Shown piece by piece: positions 1 through 59,169 of a stretch of 64,000 nucleotides of DNA. The notes beneath the pieces were generated by a model that saw nothing but the letters and a program-made list of their open reading frames with translations, searched no databases and was not told the origin of the DNA. The position numbers and the translations under genes are program-made. Where the stretch lies: the NCBI RefSeq assembly GCF_009914755.1, contig NC_060940.1, one strand, 5' to 3'. Every line of letters starts with the position of its first letter. The stretch's first letter is position 1. The DNA is from the human T2T-CHM13v2.0 reference genome, Homo sapiens.

Positions 1-22
1 ATATTCACATCTTCAACGAGAA
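1..22 (-). pseudogene. Start of SMG1P exon 17 (cut by the window edge)
   Basis: tttaatag|TTCTCGTTGAAGATGTGAATAT gives (I)LVEDVN, in phase with exon 16. Confidence 0.8.
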
Positions 23-416
23 CTATTAAACATTAAAAGACAGCTACTTTCAGCTGGCCAAAAGAAATTATATCCCAGTTTGTCATAATTATCTGAATCC
101 ATTCATTCATTCAACAAAGAGTGAGTGCCTACTCTAGACTAGGCACTGTTCTTGTCCAGAATCCTCATTGACTGTCATGTTTGGAAAAATGACACATTCA
201 ACAAAACCCACGTAATGTAACTGATGGGTCATCACACAAAACTTTTTCTGAGAGAAAATGTAAAAGTATATGCAAACTATAAACATTCACGTAAGCTTAA
301 AAATGTGACAATCACTTCAAAACATTTTTCTAATACTAAGAATGAAAAAAAATCAAGACTGTGTATCTGTCATTAAAATGAGGATTACACATCTGCAGGT
401 CAGGAAAAGAGCTCTA

Positions 417-668
<252 letters not shown>

Positions 669-1305
669 CTAGTCTTCTTACATTGGTTTTCTCTTGGTTT
701 TTCAAACATCTCAAACAATAAAAAATAAAAATAAAAAATGAAACTATAGAAATTACTGTCAAAATTGTTGTGTGCCTTTTAAGAAAACCTCCCAACGCAG
801 CATGATAATAGCAAAGAGGCCGGGCGTGGTGGCTTACCTGAGGTCAGGAGTTCAAGACCAGCCTGGCCAACAACATGGTGAAACACCATCTCTACTAAAA
901 ATACAAAAATTAGCTGGGTGTGGTGGCGGGCACCTGTAATCACGGCTACTTGGGAGGCTGAGGCAGAAGAATTGCTTGAACCTGGGAGGCAGAGGTTGCA
1001 GTGAGCAAAACTCCGTCTCAAAAACAAAAAAAGCATAGAATATTAAAAATCTATATATATTCTTCTATGAAACACTGGGGGTGGGGGATTGAGGTTTTTC
1101 ATGTATTTCTTTTCAGAAAGAATAAGAAAGCCTAGATTAAATAATAAAACCAAATTATAAGGTGTTTGACAGTAAAGAAGCTGCTCTACCTCACCTCTAT
1201 AATCCACATTTTTTAAAATTTTTTGTAATTCACATTTCTTATTCTCAAATTATAAAGGCAAATTAACAAAGTTAGGAATAGTTAATACTATATAAAATCT
1301 GTTAC

Positions 1306-1529
<224 letters not shown>

Positions 1530-1564
1530 TTAAATCAACATACATCTTTAAAATCTATCCATTA

Positions 1565-1810
<246 letters not shown>

Positions 1811-1899
1811 TTATCCTTCAAAACAGGGGTATTTGGACTTTTTTTATTTGGACATTTTTAAATTAAAATTACAGATTGGAAGGGATCTAGTACACTACA

Positions 1900-2801
<902 letters not shown>

Positions 2802-3248
2802 TCTAAACAGAGCCCTTTGTATGTGCCTTTTGCGGAAGTAGACTGTATTTCTTCAATTTTCCATATACTGCAAATGGCAAGGTGCCCTGTTCAATAAGGA
2901 AACAAAGGCACACCCTGCCACTATACACCTTTTCCATCCATCTTGTTCCTTTACACTGCCAAGACACTCCATTCCACCTGACTGCCCCAGCCCCACCCAC
3001 TTTCTCCTTATTTCTAGAGTACAGGACATAAACATCTTTGAATCTGCAAATAATGTGAATAATTTTCCTCAAAAATCAAGCTTTCATGTTTGAAGAAGAG
3101 TTTATTGTGACTTCAAACATAAGCTGTAACTGGTAATAAGCGAAGCAGCTATGGAATTATACAAGGCAATCCAATCAAACAACATGGAGCACACTGAAGC
3201 GCAAACATCAAATTTTACCTTTTTCCTCCTAAAAACTTTATTCCCTAA

Positions 3249-3600
<352 letters not shown>

Positions 3601-3704
3601 TAAAAATAATGTTTTTCAACTCTGTGTGGTCCAATAGGAAGAAGAAATACACAAACCATAAACAATAAATACAAATCAAGAGCAGGGCCACGTCGAATTA
3701 CTTA

Positions 3705-4786
<1,082 letters not shown>

Positions 4787-5084
4787 TATGAATGTTCCTA
4801 GGGAAAAAAAGACAGCCAAAATATAAGACCATGTATAAGAACTAACTTCAGTAGACAGAAAGAAAAAAGTACCAGGGGAAGAAGAAAGAGACCGCATTTT
4901 AAAACAACTATACAAATTTGAGCTGTAAGAAACACTGACATTTTCTATAAGCATGCTAGAGCAAATGGGAGAAATTCATAAGACGTTTTCTAGAAAATAA
5001 AACTAATATAAAAAAACTTATCAAGATTTGTCAAGGAAAAAGAAGAAACGTTAAATATAATGGCAAGAAAACATTCCTACCAAT

Positions 5085-5090
5085 TTTATT
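5085..5090 (-). terminator. Candidate intronic poly(A) signal AATAAA downstream of donor-less exon 13
   Basis: tttatt on the + strand, ~130 nt past the exon-13 read-through stop, followed by U-rich sequence on the transcript. Confidence 0.45.
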
Positions 5091-5223
5091 TATCCAGGCA
5101 TGTCTTAAATATGGCTGTTTGTTACATACAGTGATTCTGCAGACATGTTGACATGACAGTGAAATACATAAATATGTAATGAGAAAAGGCTTAACTGTGG
5201 ATAAAACAAAGTCATTACAATTA

Positions 5224-5559
<336 letters not shown>

Positions 5560-6163
5560 TCACTATCTGTATTAGTGCTGATGATACAAATAAATTTAAG
5601 ATTGATCAATTCACTGTCCGTAGCACTTAATATTTTAATTTTTAAAAAACCAATCAGAAAACTGACACAGATCAGTAAGCTATTTCAAATCTATTAAGTT
5701 TTATCACAAATAAAGAGTACTATAAATGAAAACTGTCAATAGGAAATTTCCAAAATGGCCGTTTTTTTTTTTTTTTAAATAATCAACATCAAAAGACATA
5801 TGCAAACAGCAGTTTAAGACTGGGTTTCTTAAATCTACCAGGAAAGTCTGTGGTGGATTTGACTAGGGGGTGGTTGAAAAGCCAGTCATTTTTGTTTATA
5901 AAATATACAGTACTTAATTTATAACTTTATAAATGTGTCAACTTGTTTTACCCTTATGAAAATTTAATAAATTTAATAACAGCAAGAGATGCATAATCTG
6001 AAAAGAGTATCTGGCACATCATTCATGAAAGTATTCAGTATGATTATCAAGAAATATAAATTTAAAAGAACAAATACAATCACTATATTCTAAATCAAAC
6101 ATTTCACATTTCACTCAATTTCACTTATATAGCCTGGTAAGCAACATTAGGTCCAACTCTTCA

Positions 6164-6307
<144 letters not shown>

Positions 6308-6329
6308 CTAAAAGAATAAAATTTTTAAA

Positions 6330-6830
6330 AAATGAGCTTCTCAAATTACAAAAAGACATGGAGAAACCTTAAATGCACACTGGTAAGTGAAAGAAGCCAA
6401 TTGAAAAGGCTACATACTATATGACTCCAACTACATGGCATTCTGGAAAAGGCAAAACGATGGAGACAGTAAAAAGATCAGGGGTTGCCATGGGCTTAAG
6501 ATGGAGGGAGGGAGGAGTGGGGAGAGGGAACGAGGAAGGAGTGGGTAGAACATCAAAGATTTTTAGGGAAGTGAAACTATCCTGTATGATACTGGTAATA
6601 GGGGATACATGTCATTACACATGTTAAAGTCCATAGAATACATAACACAAAGTAAACTATAAAATTAGTTAATAATAATATATCAATATTCACTCCTTTG
6701 TAATAAATGTACCACACTAACACAATATGTTAATGAGGGGGAAACTGTTGGGATGAAGAAGGTATATGGGAACTCATTGTTTTCTGCTCAATTTTCTGTA
6801 TATCTAAAAAATAAAGTCTTTTAATTTAGA
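6330..6830 (+). mobile_element. Old L1M 3'UTR fragment
   Basis: catggagaaaccttaaatgcac...taagtgaaagaagcca...cattctggaaaaggcaaaac...gtatatgggaactc. Confidence 0.7.
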
Positions 6831-7194
6831 AAAATATATCTAAGCTATATTTTAAGGCCTTAATACTGTGACATTAAAGTGTTTAGACACCTAAATAGGA
6901 CACACGTATTTTACAGTTATCATGGGCATTTTTTCACATTAGCAAAGAGAGGTGTAAATCTGGCAGAAATGCTCAGCAGAATGTCATCTAGAATTTGCTT
7001 TAAAATAATCCAGCTGGAGATGAAAGGATAGCAAAGAGGCCTAGATGAAACCAGATGGGCCATTTGTTTCTAATTATAGAAGCTGAGTGTTAAATATGTA
7101 CAAATTTATTATACCATGCTCCCTATTTTTATGTGCTTCAGAATGTCCATAATAAAAGTGGGGGGAGGATATTTATGGTTAAGAAATTAAAGGA

Positions 7195-10225
<3,031 letters not shown>

Positions 10226-11228
10226 AAAAACCCCACCATTCTACCATTCTCAAAGGCCTAAAAGATCCTCATAAATCAATATACACCTATCCTATAAATT
10301 ATGTCCCTTTTATTTTATGTCTGAATTAACGGCTTTTTATTTCAACTCTGTACAGTCTTCAAACAACCACCTTTTAGACATTAAAAATGAAGCAAAGATA
10401 TTAAACCATTTTGAAACCATATTGGTTTAAAATACCAATATGCTGGTTTCATTTATCTTTAAGTTCTGACATTTCTGCTCAAGTACACAACTTACTATAT
10501 AATCAATATCCTATTTTATTTAGCAACATGTTCAGCAAAAGTATATGCTCCTAAAAGCGAGTTTTATCCTAACAGTAAAATTTTCATCAGTTAGATTAAA
10601 TTTTTTATGACTGTATCACACATGCTTCTTTCTCCTTATTCAAAGCAGAGTACAATGCCTGGGGTTCACTTCTTGTGTCTTTTCCACTGAACCCTCATTG
10701 GATGTGCTATATACAGTGCAGCTAATGTTTGAGGCTGCTGAAGTGTGGCAATCTAGCTACCTCATTTTTAATTTGTTTATGTTCTTTGATATCAGGCTAT
10801 CAAAGAATATAAAGATATACAAGTTTTCATATGAGTTCCATCTTATGCTCAGAGAAGGTTACTTTCTGAGGCTTCTCCTATAGTGTGCTATTCGTAATAT
10901 GTTGAAAAACTAAAAGGAAACCCAATAATTTAAAAGTAAAATTATAAGATATATTATTTAAAAATGAAAGAATAAGATTTAAAAATTCAGAGTGGCCTTT
11001 TGTCATGGGAGGGTAGGGGAGTTGGATGAAAGGAGGATGAGATATAACAGGATTCCCTGCTTTTCTGGTTATTTAAGAAAGCAGTCAGACAATATATACA
11101 TATATACATACATACACACATGCTAAACAAATGAAGGATTAATAACAGTTCACCTGGTAAAGAGAATCATTTACAATGTAAAACAATTTTATTTTTGAAT
11201 GACACTTCAAATGCCCAAAAGCACTTAC

Positions 11229-11401
<173 letters not shown>

Positions 11402-12867
11402 CTAGATGTGAATTCACAGCATTCTTAATAAGTAGTACATTGTTTAAAAAAAAACAAAAAACTCTAAAATATTTCAATCAATTCATTTTAGAATAGATTT
11501 TTAGGCTTTTAGAAAGAGAACTGTGGCCCATGAGAATATTCATGACTCTGAATATAAAAATGGGTTTTACCTAATTATTTCAAAAAGCCAACATTAAACC
11601 CAATAGACAACAAATTAAGGAAATAATCTCTTAAATCAACTCAGAAAGCTGTTGGGGAAAAATAAATTCTAGCACATATGCTCTAGTTATATGTAGGTAT
11701 AAATGAAGACGGAAGCTTTTGCCACTCCTGAATTAGTTTTTGGCTAAAAATCTCATTCTAGGTATTCTTTGAGCCACTCAGCTCAACAGTAAGTCCTCCA
11801 AACCAAGAGCATGCACATGAAGAGCAAAGGGAGATTACAAGACCTGGTCTACAGATGTGTAACTGAAGAAGTACGATATATGAAAAGGACAAGATTCGCA
11901 AAAACTAGGATACTAGAACCAATGTATACATCTACCTAAAATTAAGCACCAAAATAACAGAAGAGAATGAGATCTTAAGGATAACAAGGGGAAACATCTC
12001 TACAAACTAGAATGTGTGGCTTATGAGAGGTAGATCAGCTTTAAACGTGGGCTGTGAAAAAAGACATTCTAGGTGTGGGGGCAAAGAAAAAACAACGCAG
12101 AAGCAAAACATTTCCTTGCTTTTCTAGGAAAGAGTAAACACATCAGTACAGCTAAAGGTACTGAATTCCTGTTGACTACAAGCAGCAAAGATGAAAAAAA
12201 CAAGATGAGGCCAAAATCTTTATGGGAGCCTTGATTGGTTGATCTGAATAGGGGAGAAACACAAAGAGATTCAGATAAGAGATGGCACAGAGTTAAGCCA
12301 TGACAGTGCGGCCAGAAAAGCCAAGTACCAGTAACAGAGGCTTCAGCAGCGCTCTTAAAGCTCCTATGCTATATTCGTACAGCCACAAAAGCTGGCTGAA
12401 GCCAAGGCTTGTCCTCCAAAGTACGATTCAAGTTCTCCTGTACATATGTAAGAGGAAAATCTTTAGGAGCTTTTGGTGTTTTGTGTTTTTTTATAACACA
12501 ACATCAATTTGCTTTAAGACTCTGAAGACTGGGGACAAAAAATAAAAATAAATAACAAAAAATGTCTTTAGAAAAATACCAGCTACCAAGAGTATGTAAA
12601 GCTTTGCGAAATACGAAGCTTGCAACGTTTCTTTTAGTCTCTCCAGTAATTCTCCTGGTAATTTAAACACATCTGAAATAAATGTTTAAAATACTGACTG
12701 GGCACGGGGGCTCATGCCTATAATCCCAGCACTTTGGGAGGCCGATGTGGGTGGATCACCAGTGGTCAGGAGTTTGAGACCAGCCTGGCCAACACGGTGA
12801 AACCCCGTCTCTACTAAAAATACAAAAATTAGCTGGGCGTAGTGGCGGGCACCTGTAATTCCAGCTA

Positions 12868-13051
<184 letters not shown>

Positions 13052-13116
13052 TTAAAATAAATCTAGCACAATTTTAAGATTTTTTCTTAACCAAAATTTT
13101 AAGAAACAGCTTTCTA

Positions 13117-13341
<225 letters not shown>

Positions 13342-14067
13342 CTAAAACATGTCCTATATCATAAAATTAAGACTGCTAAACATGCTGATCACGATTAACC
13401 AATACCTCTTTAATACCTCTTTAATTTCTGCAGAAATTAACTTGTAAATGTTATTTCCTTACTTTTTCAGTAAATTTCATATCTATATTGTCACTACACA
13501 TGACTTAAGACTAAAATGCCACAATCTACCATTGGCCTGGCTAATCCCAGGGCCACATCTAACCATTAAAGGTGTATACTCATCTCCTCAGTGAAAATGA
13601 AACAGACCACTATCACCTGAATATCCTATTTTCAAAAGTTTATTACACCAAGTAAGTTACGAGAAACTATGACACTTGAAACAAGCTGAAATGTGCAAAT
13701 GAGCCACGCTAGTCATTCACTTAAATCCAAAAAAATGGGAAACAAAACCATTTCTCATTTATGACAATTCTCCAAATTAACCCTATATTTCCTTTTTTAA
13801 AAAAATAACCAGAAAAACAATAAAATGTGACAAATAACTTGGATCTTCCATTGTCCACTTCAGGGTATTGCCACTGCAATATATTCTTACCATATACTTT
13901 CCTACCAGTACAAACTACAAATAACTTGGGTAAGTCCTGTCTGTACTTACTCTACCCACCTACTAGTAATTTCCTCTGAAAATATATATTTAGCTAACAA
14001 GTCACGTTCATTTACAATAAAACATTTCTCTGAATTAGTTTTCTTGCATTATTAAAGAAATGGTATT

Positions 14068-14370
<303 letters not shown>

Positions 14371-14393
14371 GAAATGGTATTGATAGATGGTCA

Positions 14394-14558
<165 letters not shown>

Positions 14559-14906
14559 TCATTTTAAGATATTACTGCCATTCACCTGTGGACCATTTCA
14601 CAGCAAAAGATCCTAAAAGGAGCATCTATGTTCTACCTACTTGACATTCTAGAAACTTAGAAAGGGGAGAGGGGCAGGAAAATAAAAGAACTACATTTCT
14701 GACAACAATGAAATAGTTTATTTTCTTCAAATATTTTAAGGTACGAACGTCAGAAAGAAAAATGCGGCATTTAACCCTGGAACCTCAAATATCACTGATT
14801 ATATTCAAAGGAGCAGAGGCATTGTTTTCCATCTGATTCCTCAGTTCCTCACACACACAACCATCCCCCTCACCCCATGATCTGAACAACGGAATGAGGA
14901 ACTCAC

Positions 14907-15032
14907 CCTAAAATTAGCGCTGAAAATATGAGGGTAACATCGAGCCACCAAAAGAATGCACTTAACACATTTGCAAAGCAATTCTGGTGTATCCACATTT
15001 TCAAGAATTGACTGCAGGCTGGTCATTACAAG
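14907..15032 (-). pseudogene. SMG1P exon 7 (126 nt)
   Basis: ttttaag|CTTGTAATG...TTTAGG|gtgagt; encodes LVMTSLQSILENVDTPELL...FSANFR. Confidence 0.95.
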
Positions 15033-15107
15033 CTTAAAAATAAAAGTTACAAACCGTGAACATTCAACAAAATAGGGAGAAAACAAGCAAATTAGGTTCA
15101 TTATTTA

Positions 15108-15377
<270 letters not shown>

Positions 15378-17361
15378 CTAAAAACAAATACTGCTTTCTC
15401 CTCTTCAATGTTTGTTAATATTAGTCCTTTGACATCAGTTAACATTAGTCCTTAATAACATCTGTTTACAATATCCCTAAATGCTCTCTTTAAGATTCTA
15501 CCTGTGATTAAATTTCAAATACAAAAAAGTAAAATGGATTTGGGAAACTTTTCTATAAAGTACAACAATTACTTTGCAATCCAAAATATAAAGCAAATTT
15601 TATATAATTTATGCTTTAGTATATTAGTACTTGCTTCATATTAAAATTAAAGAAGATCAGTATGGCACCACACATGAATAACATGCAGGCTCAGGTTACC
15701 ATTATACATAAATTTTTAAAATAAATATATGGCAAAAATAAAATAATAAATAACTATTTGTCATTCCATTGAAAGAATATTTATTTTGCAGCTGTTAAAA
15801 AACATTTTTCCCTAAAAAAGGAAAAGCTGCGCTTTACATAGCAATCTTATAAAAGAAATGCTAGAATCAGAAAACCATCATTTTACGCTGGGTGCAGTGG
15901 CTCACACCTGTAACCCCAGCACTTTGGGAGGACGAGGCAGGTGGATCACCTGAGGTCAGGAGTTCAAGACCAGCTTGGCCAGCATGATGAACTCCGTCTC
16001 TACTAAAAATATAAAAATTAACAGAGCACAGTGGCACATGCCTGTAATCCCAGCTACTCAGGAGGCTGAAGCAAGAGAACTGCTTGAACCTGGGAGGCGG
16101 AGGTTGCAGTGAGCCGAGATCGCGCCACTGCCCTCCAGCTTGGACAATAGAGCAAGATTACATCTCAAAAAAAAAAAAAAAGAGAAAAAGAAAACCATTA
16201 TTTTGCAATAGCCAATGTTATAATCTACACAGGCACAGACTATCAATGCTAAAAATCATTTAAAAGACATCTTAAGGGTAATTACAGAAATTTGAATATA
16301 GAACACATATGTAATAAAATTCATTTTCTTAGGTATGATTACAATATTCTTGTTATACAGAAGAAAAACCTTATTCTTGGGAGATGCATACTAAAACATT
16401 ATGGGGTGAACTGTCATCATGTATATGGTTTTCAGATGCTCAACAAAAGTGTGTGAGAAAATAAAACTGTGGCAAAATATTAGTAACTGGTAAATCTAGG
16501 TGAAGCATATATTATGAAATTATTATCGTATTTACAGGTATTTATTTTACTGGTGCATCTATCTTTCTATGAATGTGAGAATTTTCACAAGAGATGGGAA
16601 AATGTTCATAATTATGCATGCAGAATAAGCCCAAGCTGGTGGCATTCTGTTCAGTTACAGGTAATTTTCTGAATCCTCCCTCAAATTTTTCTCAAACCTC
16701 TATAATCAAGGGGGAAAATGTTTCGTTTTGTTTTGCTTTTTTGAGACAGGGTTGCCTATAATGGAGTGCAGTAGCTTGACCACAGCTCACTGTAGCTTCA
16801 ACCTCCCAGGCACAAGCGATCCTCCTGCCTCAGCCTCCAAGTAGCTGGGATTACAGATGCATGCCACCACGCCCGACTTTTTTTTTTTCCTTTTTTTGAT
16901 AGAAACAGGGTTTCACCATGTTGCCCAGGCTGGTCTCAAACTCCTGGACTCAGGCAATTCACCGGCCTCAGCCTCCCACAGTGCTGGGGTTACAGGAGTG
17001 AGCCACCATGCCCAGTTAAAAATACATTTTTTATTTAAAAAAAAAAAAAAAGAACATTCCTTATATTTCCTTTATATTTTTTAAACTACATACCCAAAAT
17101 AAAGCATATCAAAAACTGTATTAAAAAAAAAACCCTAATATCAGATATTCCAAACACAACAATACCATAATTTAATCACTTAAAATCTTACTCAAAACTA
17201 AATCAATGATCTTTTAGGCCAGGTGTGGTGGCTCATGACACTAATCACAGTACTTTGGGAGGCTGAGGCAGGAGGATCACTTGAGGTCAGGAGTTCAAGA
17301 CCAGCATGGCCAACACAATGAAACCCCATCTCTACTAAAAATACAAAAATTAGCCAGGCTA

Positions 17362-17556
<195 letters not shown>

Positions 17557-17782
17557 CTAAGTAGAGCTGGTATTCATTTACACATAATTATCTTATACCA
17601 TTTGGAATAAGAATTTGGGGCACGTTAGCAAACCAAAAGGCTCAGAAAGAAGTTGTGATATTTAGTTCTTGTCTCCCTCTACAAATGTGAAGCACTCTTC
17701 TATCCAGCATTCCTAGTGGAGTTCCTATTTTCAAATTTGCAAATCATTCTGGTCCTAAGCAATCTCAAAAAAACATTTCTAA

Positions 17783-18393
<611 letters not shown>

Positions 18394-18704
18394 TGATCCG
18401 CCTGCCTCGGCCTCCCAAAGTGCTGGGATAACAGACGTGAGCCACCGCACCCGGCGTGTAAGCCAATTTCTTAGAAGAAATCTCTCCCTCTTTCTCCACA
18501 TATATGCATATATGTATGTAGCACTAATCCTTGAACAGTGTATCCTTTACTCAAACTGAGAAAGAGGAATTTTTAAAACATATTTCCTATCAGTAGATAA
18601 CCCCTATTCTATGTTTCCCTTCTTCAAGCTCCCCTCCAAGGACATGTGTTAAGGGACAATTTTCTTCCCAAGTACATCATGCATTTTTCCCCCTTCATTC
18701 TTAC

Positions 18705-18918
18705 CTGCATTACAGATGAAAAGGCTTTCTTTTCTCCTACAGTCTCTAGTGCTTTGTAGGTGGCACATAAGTAGAGGAGTTTAACTTCATCTTTTGCAGA
18801 TGAGCTAAATTTGCTAAAAATCCACTTGAAGATCTTCTCAGCCTCATAGCTCAGAGAAGCACAAAGAAGGCCAAGACAGCAAGCTCCCTCCTGTCTCAAC
18901 TCCTGAAGCAATTTGCTA
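18705..18918 (-). pseudogene. SMG1P exon 6 (214 nt)
   Basis: acacag|TAGCAAATTG...ATGCAG|gtaaga; encodes SKLLQELRQEGACCLGLLC...AFSSVMQ. Confidence 0.95.
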
Positions 18919-19664
18919 CTGTGTTTATTTTAATGCAAACAAAAAACACACACAAAAGGCTTAAGTTTTCTATGATGACACGAGTAATACATCTTACAAA
19001 AGAATGTCTTAAGTGGTTTTTTAAATTTCTATTCAAACTACATAAAAGGTTGAAATTTTCTCCACTCTAAATACTACATTCTGTCTAGCCTGCATTGCCC
19101 TCAAGTATCTGTCTGACATTACTTTCTTTTTACAAAATCAATTATTTACAAACAGTGAGGGAAGGCCCAAAAATGCTAAATTCCATCTCAAACTGTATTA
19201 AATAACTCTCAGAAAAGGGCAGCAACAAATAATTAGATAAAACACTCTATACATAACTACATTCTACATAATATCCAATATGTAATGACTATAAAATAAA
19301 AAATGGTAATAGTTAAATACAGAAACTTAAAAGGATAACAGTAATGATTTACATAGAACTTTAATAAGTAACTCTATAAAACAAAACCATCAAAAGGCAC
19401 TAAGGTTTATGACCAGCTGAGATAAATTTTGGGTACTTGCCAACACTGCAAATCTTTGGGAATCACCATAACAAAAAATGACCACACACCTCTGGAGACG
19501 CTAATAGCCAGAGAATATATGGTTTGGATCCACTCTTACCCAAAGAAGGAAATTCCTTTTTACCTCTATTCTCTAAGCAGTTTCAAATTCTCTAGTTTAC
19601 AAAAACTAATTTTATTCTTCATGCCTGCATCAAGAGTTTATGCCATTCCATAAGTCAAGACTCA

Positions 19665-20095
<431 letters not shown>

Positions 20096-20196
20096 TCATA
20101 AACAAAGCCAGTGGGTTTGTCTTCTTGTGTATTGTTAAGTAATTTCTAAAAATATATTTTAAAGTCATTTAAACCGAACCATTATTAGTTACTTAC

Positions 20197-20255
20197 CTTT
20201 CATTAAGCACATCATGTGCAGCAGCCAAGATATTATCCAATTGTTTAACTAGTAC
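20197..20255 (-). pseudogene. SMG1P exon 5 (59 nt)
   Basis: ttttaaag|GTACTAGTT...GAAAG|gtaagt; encodes VLVKQLDNILAAAHDVLNES. Confidence 0.93.
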
Positions 20256-20746
20256 CTTTAAAAGAAAACACATTTATAAAAACTTCAAATTCCTATACTT
20301 TTAAGAATAGCATTGTGTACTTTTTTACTTGTCTTCCCCTCCAAATTCTAATTCAACAGTACTTTACTTTCTTTATTATTCCCACTCCCCAATGAGCATG
20401 TATCAGGAATGTCATGTTTCCTTTCAGCCTATGAAAGAAATTCACCCACTGGAAACATAGAGCTGTGATCATCAACAAAAAAATAAACTCAAAAAGTTTG
20501 TTTTATTTACTTTGAAATCCATTTGAAAAATTGACTGATGGATGGAGGGATAGATGGAGAGATATGTGACAAGGCAGTATTTAGGGCAAAACATTAACGA
20601 CAAAAATTAGATGATGGGTTTAACAGATTCAATGTCAAATTCTTTCAACTTGCTATATATTTGAAACTACTCATAATAAAATTTGGAAGGAGGAGAAACT
20701 TGCTTTGATCCAAGTGTCATCTGCCTCACTAGACCATTTTCATTAA

Positions 20747-21085
<339 letters not shown>

Positions 21086-21611
21086 TAATTGGTGTAAAGA
21101 AAGTGAAGAAAAAAATTTAACCCTTCCTATACTTTGTTACATTTCTGTTGTTGTTTTAAGAGACAAGGACTCCCTCTGTCGCCCAGGTTGACATGCAGAG
21201 GTGTGATCATATCTCACTGCAACCCTGAATTCCTGGGCTCAAGTGATTCTTCCACCTCAGCCAGGTGTAGTGGCACATGCCTGAAGTCCCAGCTACTCAG
21301 GAGGCCACAGCGGGAGGATAGCTTGAATCCAGGAGTTTGAGACTGCAGTGAGCTATGATTGTGCCACTGCACTCCAGCCTGGGTGAGAGCAAGATCTTGT
21401 CTTTAAGAAGAAAAAGAAATTACATATTAGAGAGCATTAAGTTCTTGATCATCATAATACAGACTTTCCCCATTCTTAAACTACTCAAGGTAGCATTACC
21501 TAGTTTATTATGGAAACACAAAAATCCTCATATTTCCAAACATACTATACTTACCAGCTTATTTTCTGGTTGCTGAATAAATTCTTTCAACTGCTTTACA
21601 GTGACCAATCT

Positions 21612-55005
<33,394 letters not shown>

Positions 55006-55006
<1 letters not shown>

Positions 55007-55026
55007 TACCTTCCCCGACACGACAT
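55006..55026 (-). other. 6-aa uORF (MSCRGR*) whose TAA overlaps the main ATG (TAATG)
   Basis: gccATG TCG TGT CGG GGA AGG TAA TG read directly; a further in-frame ATG lies at 55296. Confidence 0.75.
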
Positions 55027-55105
55027 GGCCAAGCGCCGCCGCCCAGAGAAGCGCGAGTCGCCGCCCGAACCGGCCGCTGCCGACACCCCGCTCCGGCCCG
55101 GGGCT

Positions 55106-55173
55106 GAGGAGGAAGCCGAGGAGGAGGAAGAGAAGGAGGAGGAGGAGGAGGAGGAGGAGGAGGCGGCGGCGGA
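55106..55173 (+). repeat. (GAG)n/(GCG)n trinucleotide repeat in the 5'UTR ((CCT)n on the transcript)
   Basis: gaggaggaagccgaggaggaggaagagaa(gga)n ggcggcggcgga. Confidence 0.9.
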
Positions 55174-55423
55174 GGGCGGGGTAAGAGGACGGCCGTTCCG
55201 GGTTCCGCCTGAGCCCGCAACGCAGAATGAGGAGGCGGGAGCGGCGCGGTGAGAGAGAGGCGGATGAAGGGGCGCCGACTTCTCTTCCAGGGCCATGCGC
55301 GGCCCACGACGCCGGGGCCCCGGAGGACGAGGACGACGAGGAGCAGGCGGTGGCGGCAGCTCCCCACGCTCACAAGGCCACTGCTTCCCCGCCTCCCGGC
55401 TCCGCCCGCCGCGCCGCCACTGT

Positions 55424-55441
55424 CGCACGGCATGCTGGGAG
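55424..55441 (-). promoter_or_regulatory. Probable ZNF143/Staf site
   Basis: CTCCCAGCATGCCGTGCG resembles the YYCCCANNRTGCMYYGCG consensus and lies just upstream of the likely TSS. Confidence 0.55.
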
Positions 55442-56044
55442 CGAGAGGCGGGGTCGGCCCCGCCGGGCCTGGGGAGAGAGGCGGGTCCTGTCGGCGGGGC
55501 GGGGCCGAGAGAGGCGGGGCCGATAGCAGGCCGCCCCGCCCCCCACGGCCCCAGGCTCTTGGACGGCGAAGAGGTCTGGGCGTAGTAGTGACGAATCCTA
55601 AGACAAGGGATCTCCACTACTGCGGCCACACACTTTTCTCCCAAACGCTTCCCGGAAAGCACCGGAGGGCTGGGCAGTCAGGTGTAAACAGGCGTCCAAT
55701 CAAGGACCTGCAGTGTGGGTGGTGGGGGCTGGTGCCCTGGGGTGCGAGCGCACACAGGCGTGCCCTTGGTTTCACGTGCGCCAGTTTTCCCACTTTCTAC
55801 GGGGGGGAGTGGAAAGTGAAAATAGTAAGATCGAGAGGTGGATATCCACCTTCCCAACCTCCACCTGAAATGTGCCCATCGAGTCCTAGCACCTTTTACC
55901 ATTTCTTCCCAATGAAAAAAACTAAACGATGTAAGGGAAGGGAGTACCCACGACCACCAAACCCTGTCCTCTGCAATGTGAAATGTGCTTTGAAGTCCTC
56001 TCACCCTGAGGCTTGCCCGCCTTCTGCTGGTGAAAGAAGCTGGG

Positions 56045-58945
<2,901 letters not shown>

Positions 58946-59169
58946 ATTAATCAAATGAATCAAACGTGAGCAACTCTCATAACTTCCAACATTTTTTTCT
59001 TCTTCCTGTTGGTGGTTCTGCCTCTCTGGCTCCATTAGGATTTCCCTACTCCATTTCAGTCATGGGAACCGAGTTTCTGTTCCTGAAACACACCAAGCCT
59101 TTCTGGCCTCTGGATTTTTGTACTTGCTGTTCCCGCCATCTGGAATGCCTTCCCTGCATTTGTTCCCAT

